Shown here: in pieces, positions 28,384-44,096 of the stretch
Layout of the letters: each line of letters opens with the position of its first letter
Numbering within the stretch: the stretch's first letter is position 1
Assembly (NCBI RefSeq): GCF_009914755.1
Contig: NC_060933.1
Reading direction: 5' to 3' (one strand)
DNA length: 64,000 nt
Source of the DNA: the human T2T-CHM13v2.0 reference genome, Homo sapiens
The notes under the pieces: generated by a model
Told to the model about the DNA's origin: nothing
The model's database searches: none
What the model saw: only the letters and a program-made list of their open reading frames with translations
Position numbers and translations under genes: made by a program

Positions 28384-29349
28384 TACTTGACAAAATTAGA
28401 TATAGATTGAGTAACATGCTCATGAAAACAGTTCAACAACATTAGTTATCCAGAATTGCAAATTAATATACCAAATAATTTTCAACAAACCAAATGGTCA
28501 TTAATAGGACAATGGATAGAGACATTGTGGCACATTAATATAATGGAATACCTCTTGTAAAACAAAAAGAAGATTGAACTACATATGCATGCAGCAACAT
28601 GGATGAATAAAAAATATTATGAGTTTTGAAACAAAACAAACCAGATATAGAAGAACACAAAATATATGGTTTTATTTATAAAGTCAAAGAAGTTGAAAAG
28701 TCCTCTTTAGAGACAGAATTAGCTTGCAGAAAACAACTGAAAAGAAACACAAGAGGATTTCCTATGGTAATTATAGTAGTACGTAGAGTTTTTATATAGT
28801 GGGCCAATAGTATACAATTGTCAAAAGTCACAGAGCTAAATATTTAAGATCAGTTCAATTTACTCTGTAGAAACTATATATAAAATACAGTTCAAAAAAT
28901 GCCATACACATATAGTTGATTCTCTTATTCACAGTAATAATATTATATGAAGTTGCCATAAACACAGAATTAGCAAATAATGAGCCATTAATACTAGGGA
29001 AAATACATAACTAGGTTCTTGTGAGCTCTGGTCACAGCATTTTTCTTAACAGATTATTTTATACGTGTTTATGCTTAAATGTATCTTATTTCATATATAT
29101 TATTGATTTATTGACGTTGAACTCATGGCCAACAGTATTGTACCCCATTCATATAGTACTCATATAGTACTCATACAGAAGCTCATATAGTAGTCATGTT
29201 TGTTCCATAAGGCACATCACAGCCTGCTTGCATTTATGAACACTAGGTAGCCTACAGCACTATACTTGAGGGCCATTTTAACAGTAAAATAACCAACAAA
29301 AAACACAAAAATGTGAAAAAGGTGCCACTAAGTAGACCATTAAAAAGAT

Positions 29350-32025
<2,676 letters not shown>

Positions 32026-32440
32026 TACACAAACTGAAGATCTTGTGTCTATTAGTATATGGGACAGTAAGACCTAACTATGCTCTAAGTTACATAAATA
32101 TTTTTGTATTCTTTAACTGTGAAATGGGGGTAATATTACCCATCTGATTCATTGACAATGTTTCTAAACTGATCAAATATGACAATAGATGTGAAAGCAG
32201 TTTATAAAATATAAAGAATACTTGTGCTTATTATATTAGTAACCTCATAAAGAAAAAATGGGATTTATCAAACAAATTGAACATTGGAAGATATTTCTGG
32301 TGCTTCTGAATATAACAACATATAAAAATTGAAAGTATCCAATACCCCTGACCATTAGGTTGTATCAATGTGTATTGAATTTAAGGAATAAACAATAATA
32401 ACATCCAAAAAAAAAAAAAAAAGGAAAGAAAGAAAAACAA
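32026..32440 (+). other. L1 3'-transduced unique sequence with AATAAA and a second poly(A) tail
   Basis: Lies between the L1 A tail and the downstream TSD. AATAAA at 32387-32392; A16 at 32407-32422; contains a MIR-like fragment (~32115-32225). Confidence 0.8.
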
Positions 32441-33258
32441 GATAAGGATGCCTGTTTAGAGTTTGAGCACTGAAACAAGATGGATTTTATTCAACCTCAG
32501 CTGGAACATGCATATTAGGGAACTCAAATTTTTGGCAATCTACATGCCCATGACGGATTGCAAACGTGCCCATGAATATTAATTTGAGAGTTACCAATAA
32601 ATATTATTGAGTAGGTGAATTAGCACATTTGATATCCATGAATAATGAGGATCGACTGTGCATTTATATATACGAATGAAAGAAGTGACTACTGTATCTT
32701 TCCAACAGAATATAGGAGGATGCTCAGGTGATGGCTCAGTTTTGATTTCTTCTCTTCTTATGCACAAGACAGAAAAAGAATTGTTGCTTATGTTGCTGAC
32801 ACTACCTAAAATATGGGTATTTGGAAGCAGAAGCATAGTCCTCCATCAAGAGTCTATCCATAGAATTTGGAAAAGAAACCTTTCTATCATGGTTCTTTGG
32901 TGACTACTTTCCTCACCATATCTTGCACATTCTACATCCCATTCTCATTAATAATTAGTTTAAAATTCCTTATAAATCATCTGATTCTTTTATTATCTAT
33001 ACACTGCATATTGAGATAAAGTATAAACTCAGGCTATTGAATAAGGCCTGTTTTAAAATTAAAACAAGAGACCAGTATTGCAATATTTTCCTCCTTTTGA
33101 TTAGATAATACGACAGTTTTGGATTTGTTGTTTTGTTTTGAGAATTTGGTTTGATTTTCCTGATCTTCTTCTTCTTAAAAAAAAAATCGATCTGATTATG
33201 TACCTTCTCCCAGAACAACCTGAGTTAATTCAATATATTTTGCCTTCCTAGATGATAT

Positions 33259-34801
33259 TGTGTCCGGAATTGGTGGGCTCCTGGTCTCACTGACTTCAAG
33301 AATGAAGCCGCGGACCCTCACAGTGAGTGTTACAGTTCTTAAAGGCGGCGTGTCCGTAGTTTGTTCCTTCTGATGTTCGGATGTGTTCGGAGTTTCTTCC
33401 TTCTGGCGGGTTCTTGGTCTTGCTGGCTCAGTAGTGAAGCTGCAGACCGTGGTGAGTGTTACAGCTCTTAAGGCAGCGCATCTGGAGTTGTTTGTTCCTC
33501 GCGGTGGGTTCGGGGTCTCTCTGGCTTCAGGAGTGAAGCTGCAGACCCTCGCGGTGAGTGTTACAGCTCTTTAGGTGGCATATCTGGAGTTGTTCGTTCC
33601 TCCCAGTGGGTTTGTGGTCTCGCTGGCTTCCGGAGTGAAGCTGCAGACCTTCATGTTGAGTGTTACAGCTCATAAAGGCAGGGTGGACCCAAAGAGTGAA
33701 CAGCAGCAAGATTTATTGCAAAGAGCAAAAGAACAAAGCTTCCACAGTGTGGAAAGGGACCCGAGCAGGTTGCCACTGCTGGCTCAGGCAGCCTGCTTTT
33801 ATTCTCTTCTCTGGCCCCACCCACATCCTGCTGATTGGTCCATTTTACAGAGAGCTGATTTGTCTGTTTTACGGAAAGCTGATTGGTCCATTTTGACAGG
33901 GTGCTGATTGGTGCGTTTACAATCCGTGAGCTAGACACAAAAGTTCTCCAGGTCCCCACTAGATAACCTAGATACAGTGTTGATTGGTGCATTAACAAAC
34001 CCTGAGCTAGACACAGGGTGCTGATTGGTGTGTTGACAAACCTTGAGCTAGATCCAGAGTGCCGATTGGTGTATTTACAATCCCTTAGGTAGACATAAAA
34101 GTTCTCCAAATCCCCACCAGAGTAGCTAGATACAGAGTGTCGATTGGTGCACTCACAATCCCTTAGCTAGACATAAAGGTTCTCCAAGTCTCCACCAGAC
34201 TCAGGAGCCCAGCGGGCTTCACCCAGTGAATCCCACACCGGGGCCACAGGTGGAGCTGCCCGCCAGTCCTGCGCCGTGCGCCTGCATGCCTCAGCCCTTG
34301 GGTGGTCGATGGGACTGGGTGCGTGGAGAAGGGGGCAGAGCTCGTTGGGGAGGCTTGGGCAGTGCAGGAGCCCATGGAGGGGGGAGGCTCAGGCATGGTG
34401 GGCTGCAGGTCCCAAGCCCTGCCCCATGAGGAGGCAGCTAATGCTGGGTGAGAAGTTGAGCACAGCAGCTGCTGGCCCAGGTACTAAGTCCCTCACTGCC
34501 CGGGCCGGTGGGGCTGGCCAGCTGCTCTGAGTGCAGGACCCGCCGAGCCCACGCCCACCCAGAACTCACACTGGCCCGCAAGCACCGCGTGCAGCCCCAG
34601 TTCCCGCCCGTGCCTCTCCCTCCACACCTCTCTGCAAGCTGAGGGAGCCAGCTCTGGGCTTGGCCAGCCCAGAAAGGGGCTCCCACAGTGCAGTGGAGGG
34701 CTGAAGGGCTCCTCAAGCGCGGCCAGAGTGGGTGCCAAGGCCGAGGAGGCGCCGAGAGCGAGTGAGGGCTGTGAGGGCTGCCAGCACACTGTCACCTCTC
34801 C
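33259..34801 (-). mobile_element. ERV9 solo LTR (LTR12C-like), ~1.54 kb
   Basis: The minus strand starts (G)GAGAGGTGACAGTGTGCTGGCAGCCC and ends CCAATTCCGGACACA. 4-bp TSD ATAT at 33255-33258 and 34802-34805. U3 and U5 tandem repeats are present. Confidence 0.95.
33770..34170 (-). promoter_or_regulatory. LTR12 U3 enhancer/promoter: CCAAT (NF-Y) array, GATA sites and AATAAA-type TATA box
   Basis: Seven GATTGG motifs at about 33833, 33881, 33906, 33983, 34023, 34064 and 34142. TTTATT at 33798-33803 is at the position of the ERV9 TATA-like element. Activity is not shown by the sequence. Confidence 0.6.
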
Positions 34802-35084
34802 ATATTGTCCTTTATAATTGCAAAATGATCTTTCAAAGATAAATTGAATATTCAAAAAAAGTTTGGAATTTCCAATGTACATTCTTCTTCTAAGGGAAAT
34901 TTCTCTCAATGATATTGACACTTGTAATACAAGGATTTTACTTTCTAAAATTTTTAAAAATTATATTTAATCTCTAATGTGATGTTCTTTGTGTGTGGCA
35001 CTTTATTACATTTATAAAACTATTCAAACTATGAAAAATAAACTTTATTTTTGATATCACCATTATATTAGAAGCTTCTCTCCA

Positions 35085-35168
35085 TACATATATGTATATA
35101 TATATATATATTAATATACACATGTACACACACACGCACGTGTGCAGACACACACACATACACACACA
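35085..35168. repeat. Compound (TA)n/(CA)n microsatellite
   Basis: Visible directly, at the TA target site of a Tigger2a. Confidence 0.9.
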
Positions 35169-35549
35169 CAGTTGGCCTTAGAACAACATGAATTTGAACA
35201 ACGTGGGTCCACTTATGCATAGGTTTTCTGCTTCTGCCACCTCTGAGACCAACTCCCTCTTCTTCCAACATACGCAACAAGCCTTCTCAGCTTACTCAAC
35301 ATGGAAAAAATAAGGACAAAGACCTTTATGATAATCCACTACCACTTAATAACTAGCAAATATATTTTCTCTTTCTTATAATTTTCCTAATAACATTTTC
35401 TTTTCTCTTATTTTATTGTTAGATCACAGTATATGGTAGTATAAATACAAAATGTGGGTGAATTGACTGTTACCTTATTGGTAAGGCTTCCAGTCAACAG
35501 TATGCTATTTATTAGTAGTTAAATGTAGGGGGAATCAAAATTTATACAT
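35169..35549 (+). mobile_element. Tigger2a/MER28 lacking its right end
   Basis: Starts CAGTTGGCCTTAGAACAACATG and is the reverse-complement homolog of 5270-5687. The second terminal inverted repeat is absent. Confidence 0.8.
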
Positions 35550-36806
35550 ATTTATTTATTTATTTATTTATTTTGTGGAACAGAGCGAGACTCCATCTGA
35601 AAAAAAAATTGTCATACAATAGTAATATAATATTTGTAATTATCATTTTTATGGTTGCAGTATGAATCATATAAACATAAATGCTGTGATTTTGGCTTCC
35701 TAAAATTTTAAAATAAAAAAATTGAAACTATTTTTTACATCAAGAAAGTGAAAGCATTTGAATAATAATTATTATTATTTTTTGCTTAGGTAAGCCCTAA
35801 TGTTGGTTTTCTTATTGGCCAGTCACTGAAATAGATTATAGTTTGGCAAGGTCCATTGAGGTCTGTGGGTGAAATTGATTAGGAAAAGACTATTGCAAAT
35901 TCCACACCAGAAAGTCTTTTAAGGAATTTTATGGTGATAAGTACTAAAGCTTAAGTACTTTCAGGATTTTCCATGGAGTTCAATGACAGAACTCTGAGAA
36001 CTGAGATGAATGAAGCAAGTATTTTTAATTTGTGGCAAATGCTACATTCTCTCAGAAATATTCCCTTGTTAATGACCTCTTCTGCTTGTCAATAGGTTTG
36101 TGCATTCTACCTTTCCTTTAAAGTAAACATAATCTTTTTATCAGTGATAATGTGTGTGCCATTTCTTCAGAACTATCTCAATTTTCTTCCATAATGAGTT
36201 TCATACTACTAAATCTCTTGTATGTTTCACATTAATTAAAAACAATAACAGCAACAACAAAACAATATATAAAACAAAGCAAAACAAAACAACATCCTCA
36301 TGGTTCTTTCTGTTTATTGTATATAGATGAAAGAATATTTATTATCTGATTGATATTTTTATAAGGGATATTATTATTAGCTTAAAATATTCAATATTAT
36401 ATAAAATGTTTTGCAAATCTTTGTAAGCTCTACACCATAGAGACGACTACAATTTTAAAACAGTGTTCCAGAAAGTAGCTGTCTTAGGATAACTTACGAA
36501 ACAAGTAAGCAAGTGCTAAGAATTTGAAGATGAGTAAATTGCTAAATGTCTTACTTAAAATCAGTGCCTTAAAGAGGTATAGCTAAATATCAAAATCTGT
36601 AGGCCTTAGGATAAGATAATATATGGATTCAACATCTTTTTGGGTTAGATAGTTCTGACTAAACAGGAAATAGTGGAGTAGAAGCGGCAGCAGTGACAAA
36701 CCTTTGACTCATTTATTCTCTGGGAAACAATACTGAGTAACAACTCATGAAACACATATCACGAGTAATCACTAAATTAGCAAATTTGTGTGATGCTCAG
36801 GTTTTT

Positions 36807-38170
36807 AAAATGCTTTTCTTTCAGAAAAGTGGGATTTTTTTAAAAAAGAAAAAGTATAAAATAAATTAATTGGATACCAAATTCAAAAGGCAAGAATTAT
36901 GTAATTTTAATTTTGTGTTTTATTTTCTAACTTTATATATAGTATCACTATGCGAAGTTTGACACTGCAAATAATATATCCTGATCCAATGTTGAAAGGT
37001 AAATGTTTAAAATCATAAAATGTTAAAAAGTATAGATATATATTTAATAGAATTTCTAATTATTGCTTTTCACGTCTTTAGCCCACCATGTAATTTATTT
37101 CCAGGTACACTACCTTATTGTTTACCTGCCTTAAAAGAGCAGGTTAAAAGCCTTAAAAGAGAATTCATGTCTATTTTAGCTTGTATCTGTATATTAATTG
37201 AGAAAAACTGGTAATTGTACTAAAACCAACCTTGATTTTTTAATCGGTTGAAGTCCAAGTAAAGCTGTCAACTACCGTGATTTCCTTGGATATTAAGAAT
37301 GTGTTACTCATTGCACAAGCTAAGCATTGGACTGTAGGCTTCCCATTCCTCAGTGTGATGCCATTTCAAAAATTCTCCCAAGAAAACACACGAAAATGCA
37401 TCAGATTAAAGTACTTTTTAATTTATTCACACAGAGTAGAGAAGTTCTCAACCAGACTATGGAAGCCTAAGATAATTGAAATAAGTCACTTTATTCTTTC
37501 CTAGCTCATAGGCACTATGCTGCAATGACTAAGGCTTTCTCCAATGAGACCTGTTAATACTTAAATGTCATTTTCTGGTAGGAACACTATGTATAGCTAT
37601 GTGGTTTGTGAGGTAGAGTTCCAGGTGATAACATTTACATAGCAAATGATAGAAATGGCACCCACTGGATTTGTTTAATGTGGAAGACATATTTTCTATG
37701 TGAATATAATGAAGAAAGATGAGATGATGGGATTCTCATCTTGAGTAATAAGTATAAAATCAGAACAGAATGTTGCTGTATCCCTATCACAAGACATTTG
37801 AGCAAAACATCACTTTTAAAGACATCAAAGAGTTAAAGATACAAAAAAATTCTAAGTAAACTAAATTCCGGAAAGCATTAATCTCTTCATAGGAGGAAAG
37901 AAATTCATGGTTGATTTCATGCCTGATAGTGTCAAAATGAGGAAGAACTCGTCATATATGGAATAAGGAGAAACAAGTTAATTTGAAAGAGTTTTTCTAC
38001 CTCAGTAGTAGACAGGATTCAGATCAAGTGAAAGGCAGTATCCTCTAAGGTGGGGCACATGATGGGGCAGGGCACAATGTCACTCAAGAGAACATGACTC
38101 TTCCCCAAATGAAAGGCAGTGTCCTGAGACAGAGCACTGTCTCGACTGCACAATGTGGCAAGGCCCTGGG
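36807..38170 (+). repeat. Local direct duplication, copy 2 (probably derived)
   Basis: Matches 19815-21185 and ends abruptly at GGCCCTGGG, where it joins an L1. Confidence 0.97.
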
Positions 38171-38969
38171 TCAGTCAGAATGGCTATTAATACAAAATTG
38201 AAAAATAATAGATGCTGGTGAGTTTGCAGAGAAAAGAGAACACATACACTGCTGGTGGGAATTTAAATAAGCTATTGTGGAAAGCAGTTTGGCAATTTCA
38301 CAAAGAAGTTAAAACAGAGGTACCATTTGACCCAGCAATCTTATTATTAGGTATATAACCCAAAGGAATATAAATTGCTCTACTGTAAAGATGGATGGAC
38401 TTGTATATTCATTGTAGCCCTATTTGCAATATCAAAAACATGGAATTAGTCTAAACGCCCAGCAACATTAGACTGGATAAAAATGTGATATACATATATA
38501 TATATACACACACATATATATACACACACACACACACATATATACACACATATATATATACACACACACACATATATTACATTTAGAGATTCCACATTCC
38601 ACTTTTAGAGAATATATATATATATATATATACACACATACCATGGAATACTACATAATCATAAAAGAAATGAGAATATGTTTTTTTGCAACAATATGGA
38701 TGGAGCTGGGGGCCGTAATCCTAAGTGAACTAACAAAGGAACAGAAAACAAAATACTGCATGTTCTCACTAAACATTCAGTGTATGTGGACACCATGGCC
38801 TACTTGAAAGTAGAAGGTGGGAGGAGGGTGAGTATCAAAAAACTATCAGGTGCTATGCTTATTACCTGGGTGACAAAATAATCTGTGCACCAAACCTCAG
38901 TGACATGTATTTTACCTATATAATAAACCTGCACATGTACCCCTGAACCTAACATAAAAGTTTTAAAAA
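38171..38969 (+). mobile_element. L1PA15/16-like 3' fragment with an internal (TA/CA)n expansion at 38489-38640
   Basis: Runs CAGTCAGAATGGCTATT...CCCCTGAACCTAACATAAAAGTT. Confidence 0.82.
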
Positions 38970-40544
38970 GTATTGCACAGTTACATACAATACATAATAA
39001 TTGCTAATGATGTAATAAATGACTACTATTAAAAAAAACCTTAACACTACAAATTATAATCATAGCCTTCCTTACAGTTTGGCATATAAATAAATTAGAG
39101 AATGAATAATAAAAACATTCTGTAAAATTTTTGATATATGATATATATTTTTTAATAATCAGTGCTGCAATTTTTGTGAAGGTTGTTGTAAACTTTCTAA
39201 ATTCAGGAATTTGTACTTGAATTTAGTGGGAGAAATTTGCTTCTATATATTCTCATAAGAATTTCCAAGGGCCTCCTGAGTGAGGTTCTAACTGAAATTT
39301 TAAGCAGTCATACAGCTATGACACAGAAATGTTTTATAAAATTGTGCAGAAATCAATATGGTACTCACTGAATAGTAACCACCAAAAGCACAAGTAAAGT
39401 GACTTTCATCATCTTTATTCTTTGTTACACAAAGCCACACCTCATTAGGGACTAGGTTTATTTGTAATGAATTTGTTTGACCCAGATGGTGCAATCTAAA
39501 TGTAATTGCAATATTAGCCCAGATTACCTCATGCTGCTGTGGGTGACTCACATGTGCTGTACTATACACAGTTAACAAGAATAAGCATTACTGAGTTCAA
39601 ACATTTTCTAAAGATGTGAGCACATGGGGCACAATTTGGATCTGGATTCACAAAGAATGTCCATTAGAACCACTGAACATTTTGTACAAGTTAAGAATTT
39701 TGGTGCCGGGCCTGTGGTGTTCATGTTACTATAGCAGTACTATTGTCAGTAATCATAACCAATGCATGTCTGACCTATAGTATTTAATTATACTCACCCA
39801 TCTAAAAGAGATTTAATCAAGATTTATCAGTTCATTTTTGTAAGACACTTTCAAGTTAAAATTGAAATGTAAGGTTCAATTATTAATATATCTTTTCTCA
39901 GTGTACTTTAAAAATATCTGTGTGACAAAAGTTCATATATCCCAGAGAATCACTTAAAATGTGGCATCTTTGATACTAATGCTTTTTTGGTTTCCCTTTC
40001 AAGCAAATATCTTCAAAAGAAGAGTTCTGTATTTTCTTGCCCTACAATTTATTTCAACTTTGCTCTCAATGCCTTTTTATCCTGCTTTTCTTTATTAGAA
40101 GAAATATAAAAATACACTTTTGAAAAAGATAGTGTCTGATTCCACTTTTAGAGAACAAATAGAAAATTTTAAATGCTTGCCATTAAATGTAAGATTTGAT
40201 TGAAACTATAAGTGTAGTCCTTTATTCCTAGAAAAAGTACATCCTCTTAGTAAATTACTGGTGACACTGATAACTTCTATAGTAAAAAAATCTGTAACTT
40301 AAATGAAATGGCATTTTATTTACCTAATGGGAAGGGAGTTAAAGAAAAATTGTTTCAAAATCTAGCATTTAAATTTTTAATTGCTCTGTAATGTTTAATG
40401 TACTAATATTTGTCCTTGAAACTTGTATACAACTTCTGAGCATATGGCTATAGATTATCTAAATTAGCAATAATATTAAAAGTTTTCTTCATTGTCGGTT
40501 GATACACATAAAAAAATAAATCAATTGGCATCATTAAGATAACC

Positions 40545-41432
40545 AACTAAACTTGTCTGGTGCTCATCCCCTGCTCCCCACGAAAAAGTGACTAAAACAA
40601 TAAATAAACAGCTACATTTCAAGTGGCTTAATTGAGGAACCATGCTGGAGAGTATGAGGGAGCAGCAACATCTCTGAGGATCATGGAAGCCCAGGGTAGT
40701 TTCATAGAGAAAGGAGTGAGATATTTTGCCTCACTCAATCTCCCCTGCTGGGATCAGCCTGGAGTGGGAGGGGAGGGTGCAGGGAAGGAACATTTTCTTA
40801 TGGGAAAAAGATAGGTGGAAATCCCATTTGCCTTTACAAATGCCAACAATTCTTGCTACAGAAAAGCCGTAGTCCTCAAAGGCCCTGAATCCAGTTTGAA
40901 AAGTTCATGCAGCTGCATTGCCCAGAGTAAGAACCCACCTTGAGCAAACACATCTCTGCAAACTAAGCTGCTACAGCACAGTGCATATGGGAAACCAAAC
41001 CCACTGCTAAACTGTGTTCTGCCCTGGAGACCAGTACAACTGACTGTCTGTCTGCCCCAGTCTCAGCCAAGATTCTACCATTTTCACACAGGTATCTGCA
41101 GCACCACTACCTCAACTATTATAAATTGCATTTTTATTTGATGTGCTTTTAAAATTCTTCATTAATAGTGTATAGTAATGCTACTAATTTTTGTATGTTG
41201 ATTTTGTATCCTGCAACATTACTGACTTTATTTATTAATTCTAACTGGTTTTGGTGGCATCTTTAGGGTTTTCTATATATAATATCATGTAATCTGCAAA
41301 CAGAGAATTTGATTTCCTCCTTTCCAATTTGGATGCCTTTTATTTTTTATTTTCTTTTGACTAATTGCTCTGGCTAGGCCTTCCAACACTATGTTAAATG
41401 AAAGTGGTCAAAGTGTTATCCTTGCCTTGTTG
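40545..41432. mobile_element. Probable L1M 5'UTR fragment (+, to ~41118) followed by an L1 ORF2 fragment (-)
   Basis: 41119-41432 is clearly antisense ORF2 (TGATTTTGTATCCTGCAAC). The 5'UTR call is tentative. Confidence 0.5.
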
Positions 41433-41484
41433 ACAGAATGCAAATCAGACCATCTTAAAGATTAACATTAGCTACATGTCCAGC

Positions 41485-42073
41485 TGTATTAGTCAGGGTT
41501 CTCCAGAGGGACAGAACTAATAGGACATATGTGTATATCAAAGGGAGTTTATTAAGAAGAATTGGCTCACGTGGTCACTAGGTGAAATCCCATGATAGGC
41601 TGTCTGCAAGCTGAGGAGCAAGGAAACCAGCAGTGGCTCAACCAGTAGTGGCTCAGAATGAGTCCAAAAGCCTCAAAATTAGAGAAGCTTGACAGCGCAG
41701 GCTTTAGTTTGTGGCCAGTGGCCCAAGAGTCCCTGGCGAACCACTGGTGTTAAGTCCAAGAGTGCAAAGGCTGAAGGACCTGGAGTCTGATGTTCAAGGG
41801 CGGGAAGCACCCAGCACAGGAGAGTGATAAAAGCAGAAGACTCAGCAAGCCAGCTTATCCCACCTTCTTCCACCTGCTTTGTTCTAGCCTAGCTGGCAGC
41901 TGATTGAATGGTGCCTACCCAGATTGGAAGTGGGTCTTTCTTTCCCAGTTCACTGACTCAAGTGTTAATCTCCTCTGGCAACACCCTCACAGACACACCC
42001 GGAAACAATACCTTATCAGCTATCTAGGCATCCTTCAATCCAATCAAGTTGATAGCTAATATTCACCATTGCA
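41485..42073 (-). mobile_element. MLT2A2 (ERVL) solo LTR
   Basis: Runs TGTATTAGTCAGGGTTCTCCAGAGGGACAGAACTAATAGG...CAATCCAATCAAGTTGA. Confidence 0.87.
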
Positions 42074-42245
42074 TCTGCCAACATCATGCCTTGGGAGAAG
42101 TCGTTTGGGATGTGTTTCCATGATAGTACAATGAAGTTTATCTTAGAAGGGACTAAATTGTACCTTATAGTCTTAAATACATGGGTTTCAACTTATAATA
42201 TAAACTAAGAAAATGGGAAACCCAGATATAGAAAGATAAACAATG

Positions 42246-42560
42246 GACCTAGCACAGTGGCTCACTCTTGTAATTCCAGCACTTTGGGGGGCTGAGGCGG
42301 GTGGATCAGGAGGTCAGGAGATTGAGACCATCCTGGCTAACACGGTGAAACCCCGTCTCTACTAAAAATACAAAGAATTGGCCGGGCGTAGTGACACGTG
42401 CCTGTAGTCCCAGTTACTCAGGAGGCTGAGGCAGGAAAATAACTTGAACCCAGGAGGTGGAGGTTGCAGTGAGCTGAGATAGCGCTACTGCACTCCAGCC
42501 TGGAGGACAGAGTGAGACTCCATCTCAAAAAAAAAAAAAAAAAGAAAGAAAAAAGAAAGA
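42246..42560 (+). mobile_element. AluSc-like
   Basis: GAGATTGAGACCATCCTGGCTAACACGG with an S-type right arm. Confidence 0.88.
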
Positions 42561-43089
42561 GAGATAGAACATGGAAGAAAGAGTACAAGCACAAAGTAAC
42601 ATTCACACTTGACTATATCCTCTAGTCATCAAATAATTTGTAAGTGCAGTTGGGAATGTTATTTCATCTGTGTGAGAGTCTAAGAATACTATTCCTGTAG
42701 ATGTTCTACATCTCACGGGATGTTAAGAGTAGATAGCTAAGACTCCTTTCAGTGGCATAAAAATAATCTGTTGGAGAGTTGGAGGTGATTGGTAGCCTTC
42801 ATAAAAAAAGTAAATTTGGTCATCTGACTATTCTGCAGCTGTAGTTTTTGCACACTGTAATTTTATATTTAGATATAAATTATTTAAATTATCTGATTTT
42901 CTTGTTTTTAGTGAGTTCAAGTTTTATATCACTTACCTTAAATAAAAGAATGGTGACTATATAATGGTTTTATAAATGATGTACTTTATGCTGTTTTATA
43001 TGTACATATGTATATATATATTTGTGTGTGTGCATATATATATCTCCATTTTATACACACACACACATACACACACACACAAACGCACA

Positions 43090-43298
43090 CGGCTGACCCT
43101 TGAACAACACAGGTTTGAACTCTTCAGGTCCACTTATATGTGGATTTTTTTCACACAAATGCAGATAAAAATTACAATATCTGCAGGAAGCAAAACCCAC
43201 ATATATGTAGGCCTGCAGACATTTTGTATACCTGCGTTCTGCAGGGCCTACTGGGAAACTTGAGTGCAGGGAGATTTTGCTATTCAGGGGTTCTATGG
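43090..43298 (-). mobile_element. MER8 (Tigger family), flanked by TA/CA microsatellites
   Basis: Starts CGGCTGACCCTTGAACAACACAGGTTTGAAC and continues into a MER8-like internal sequence. Confidence 0.7.
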
Positions 43299-43434
43299 TA
43301 TATATTTATATATGTATGTATATAAAATATAATCTTCAAACTCATAAACCTGTGTTCTTAAGTGATGACTAACCTGAAAAGCTTAGTTTCTTAAAAATAC
43401 TTCTTAATGTGAAAGTGAAACAAGAGTGTATTTA

Positions 43435-43854
<420 letters not shown>

Positions 43855-44011
43855 TTAGTGTTGGTTAGACAACATAATAGCTAGCTTTATTCAATGAGTT
43901 ACATATACTTAAATACATTACAAAATTATTTTATTTAGGAAAACAACATCATTTATGTCAAGAAATCTGGAAAGTTTTTGAAGTGTCCGTATTGTAGAAT
44001 TTCAAAAACTG

Positions 44012-44039
44012 TCTATATCTATCTGTCTATCTATCTATC

Positions 44040-44085
<46 letters not shown>

Positions 44086-44096
44086 TTATCTATCTA
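44012..44096. repeat. Compound (TCTA)n tetranucleotide STR
   Basis: Uninterrupted (TCTA)11 at 44041-44084, with TCTG, TCA and TTTA variant units. Confidence 0.95.

Noticed and set aside
33300-33700. CRISPR-like repeat array
   Set aside because: These are the normal tandem U5 repeats of LTR12, with no unique spacers, in eukaryotic DNA.
36807-38969. Copy 2 plus L1 as a chimeric retrocopy or 5' transduction
   Set aside because: No convincing TSD, and the duplication appears much younger than the L1PA15/16 fragment.
39480-39580. AP-1 (TGACTCA) plus E-box enhancer
   Set aside because: Short motifs only; cannot be supported without conservation or chromatin data.
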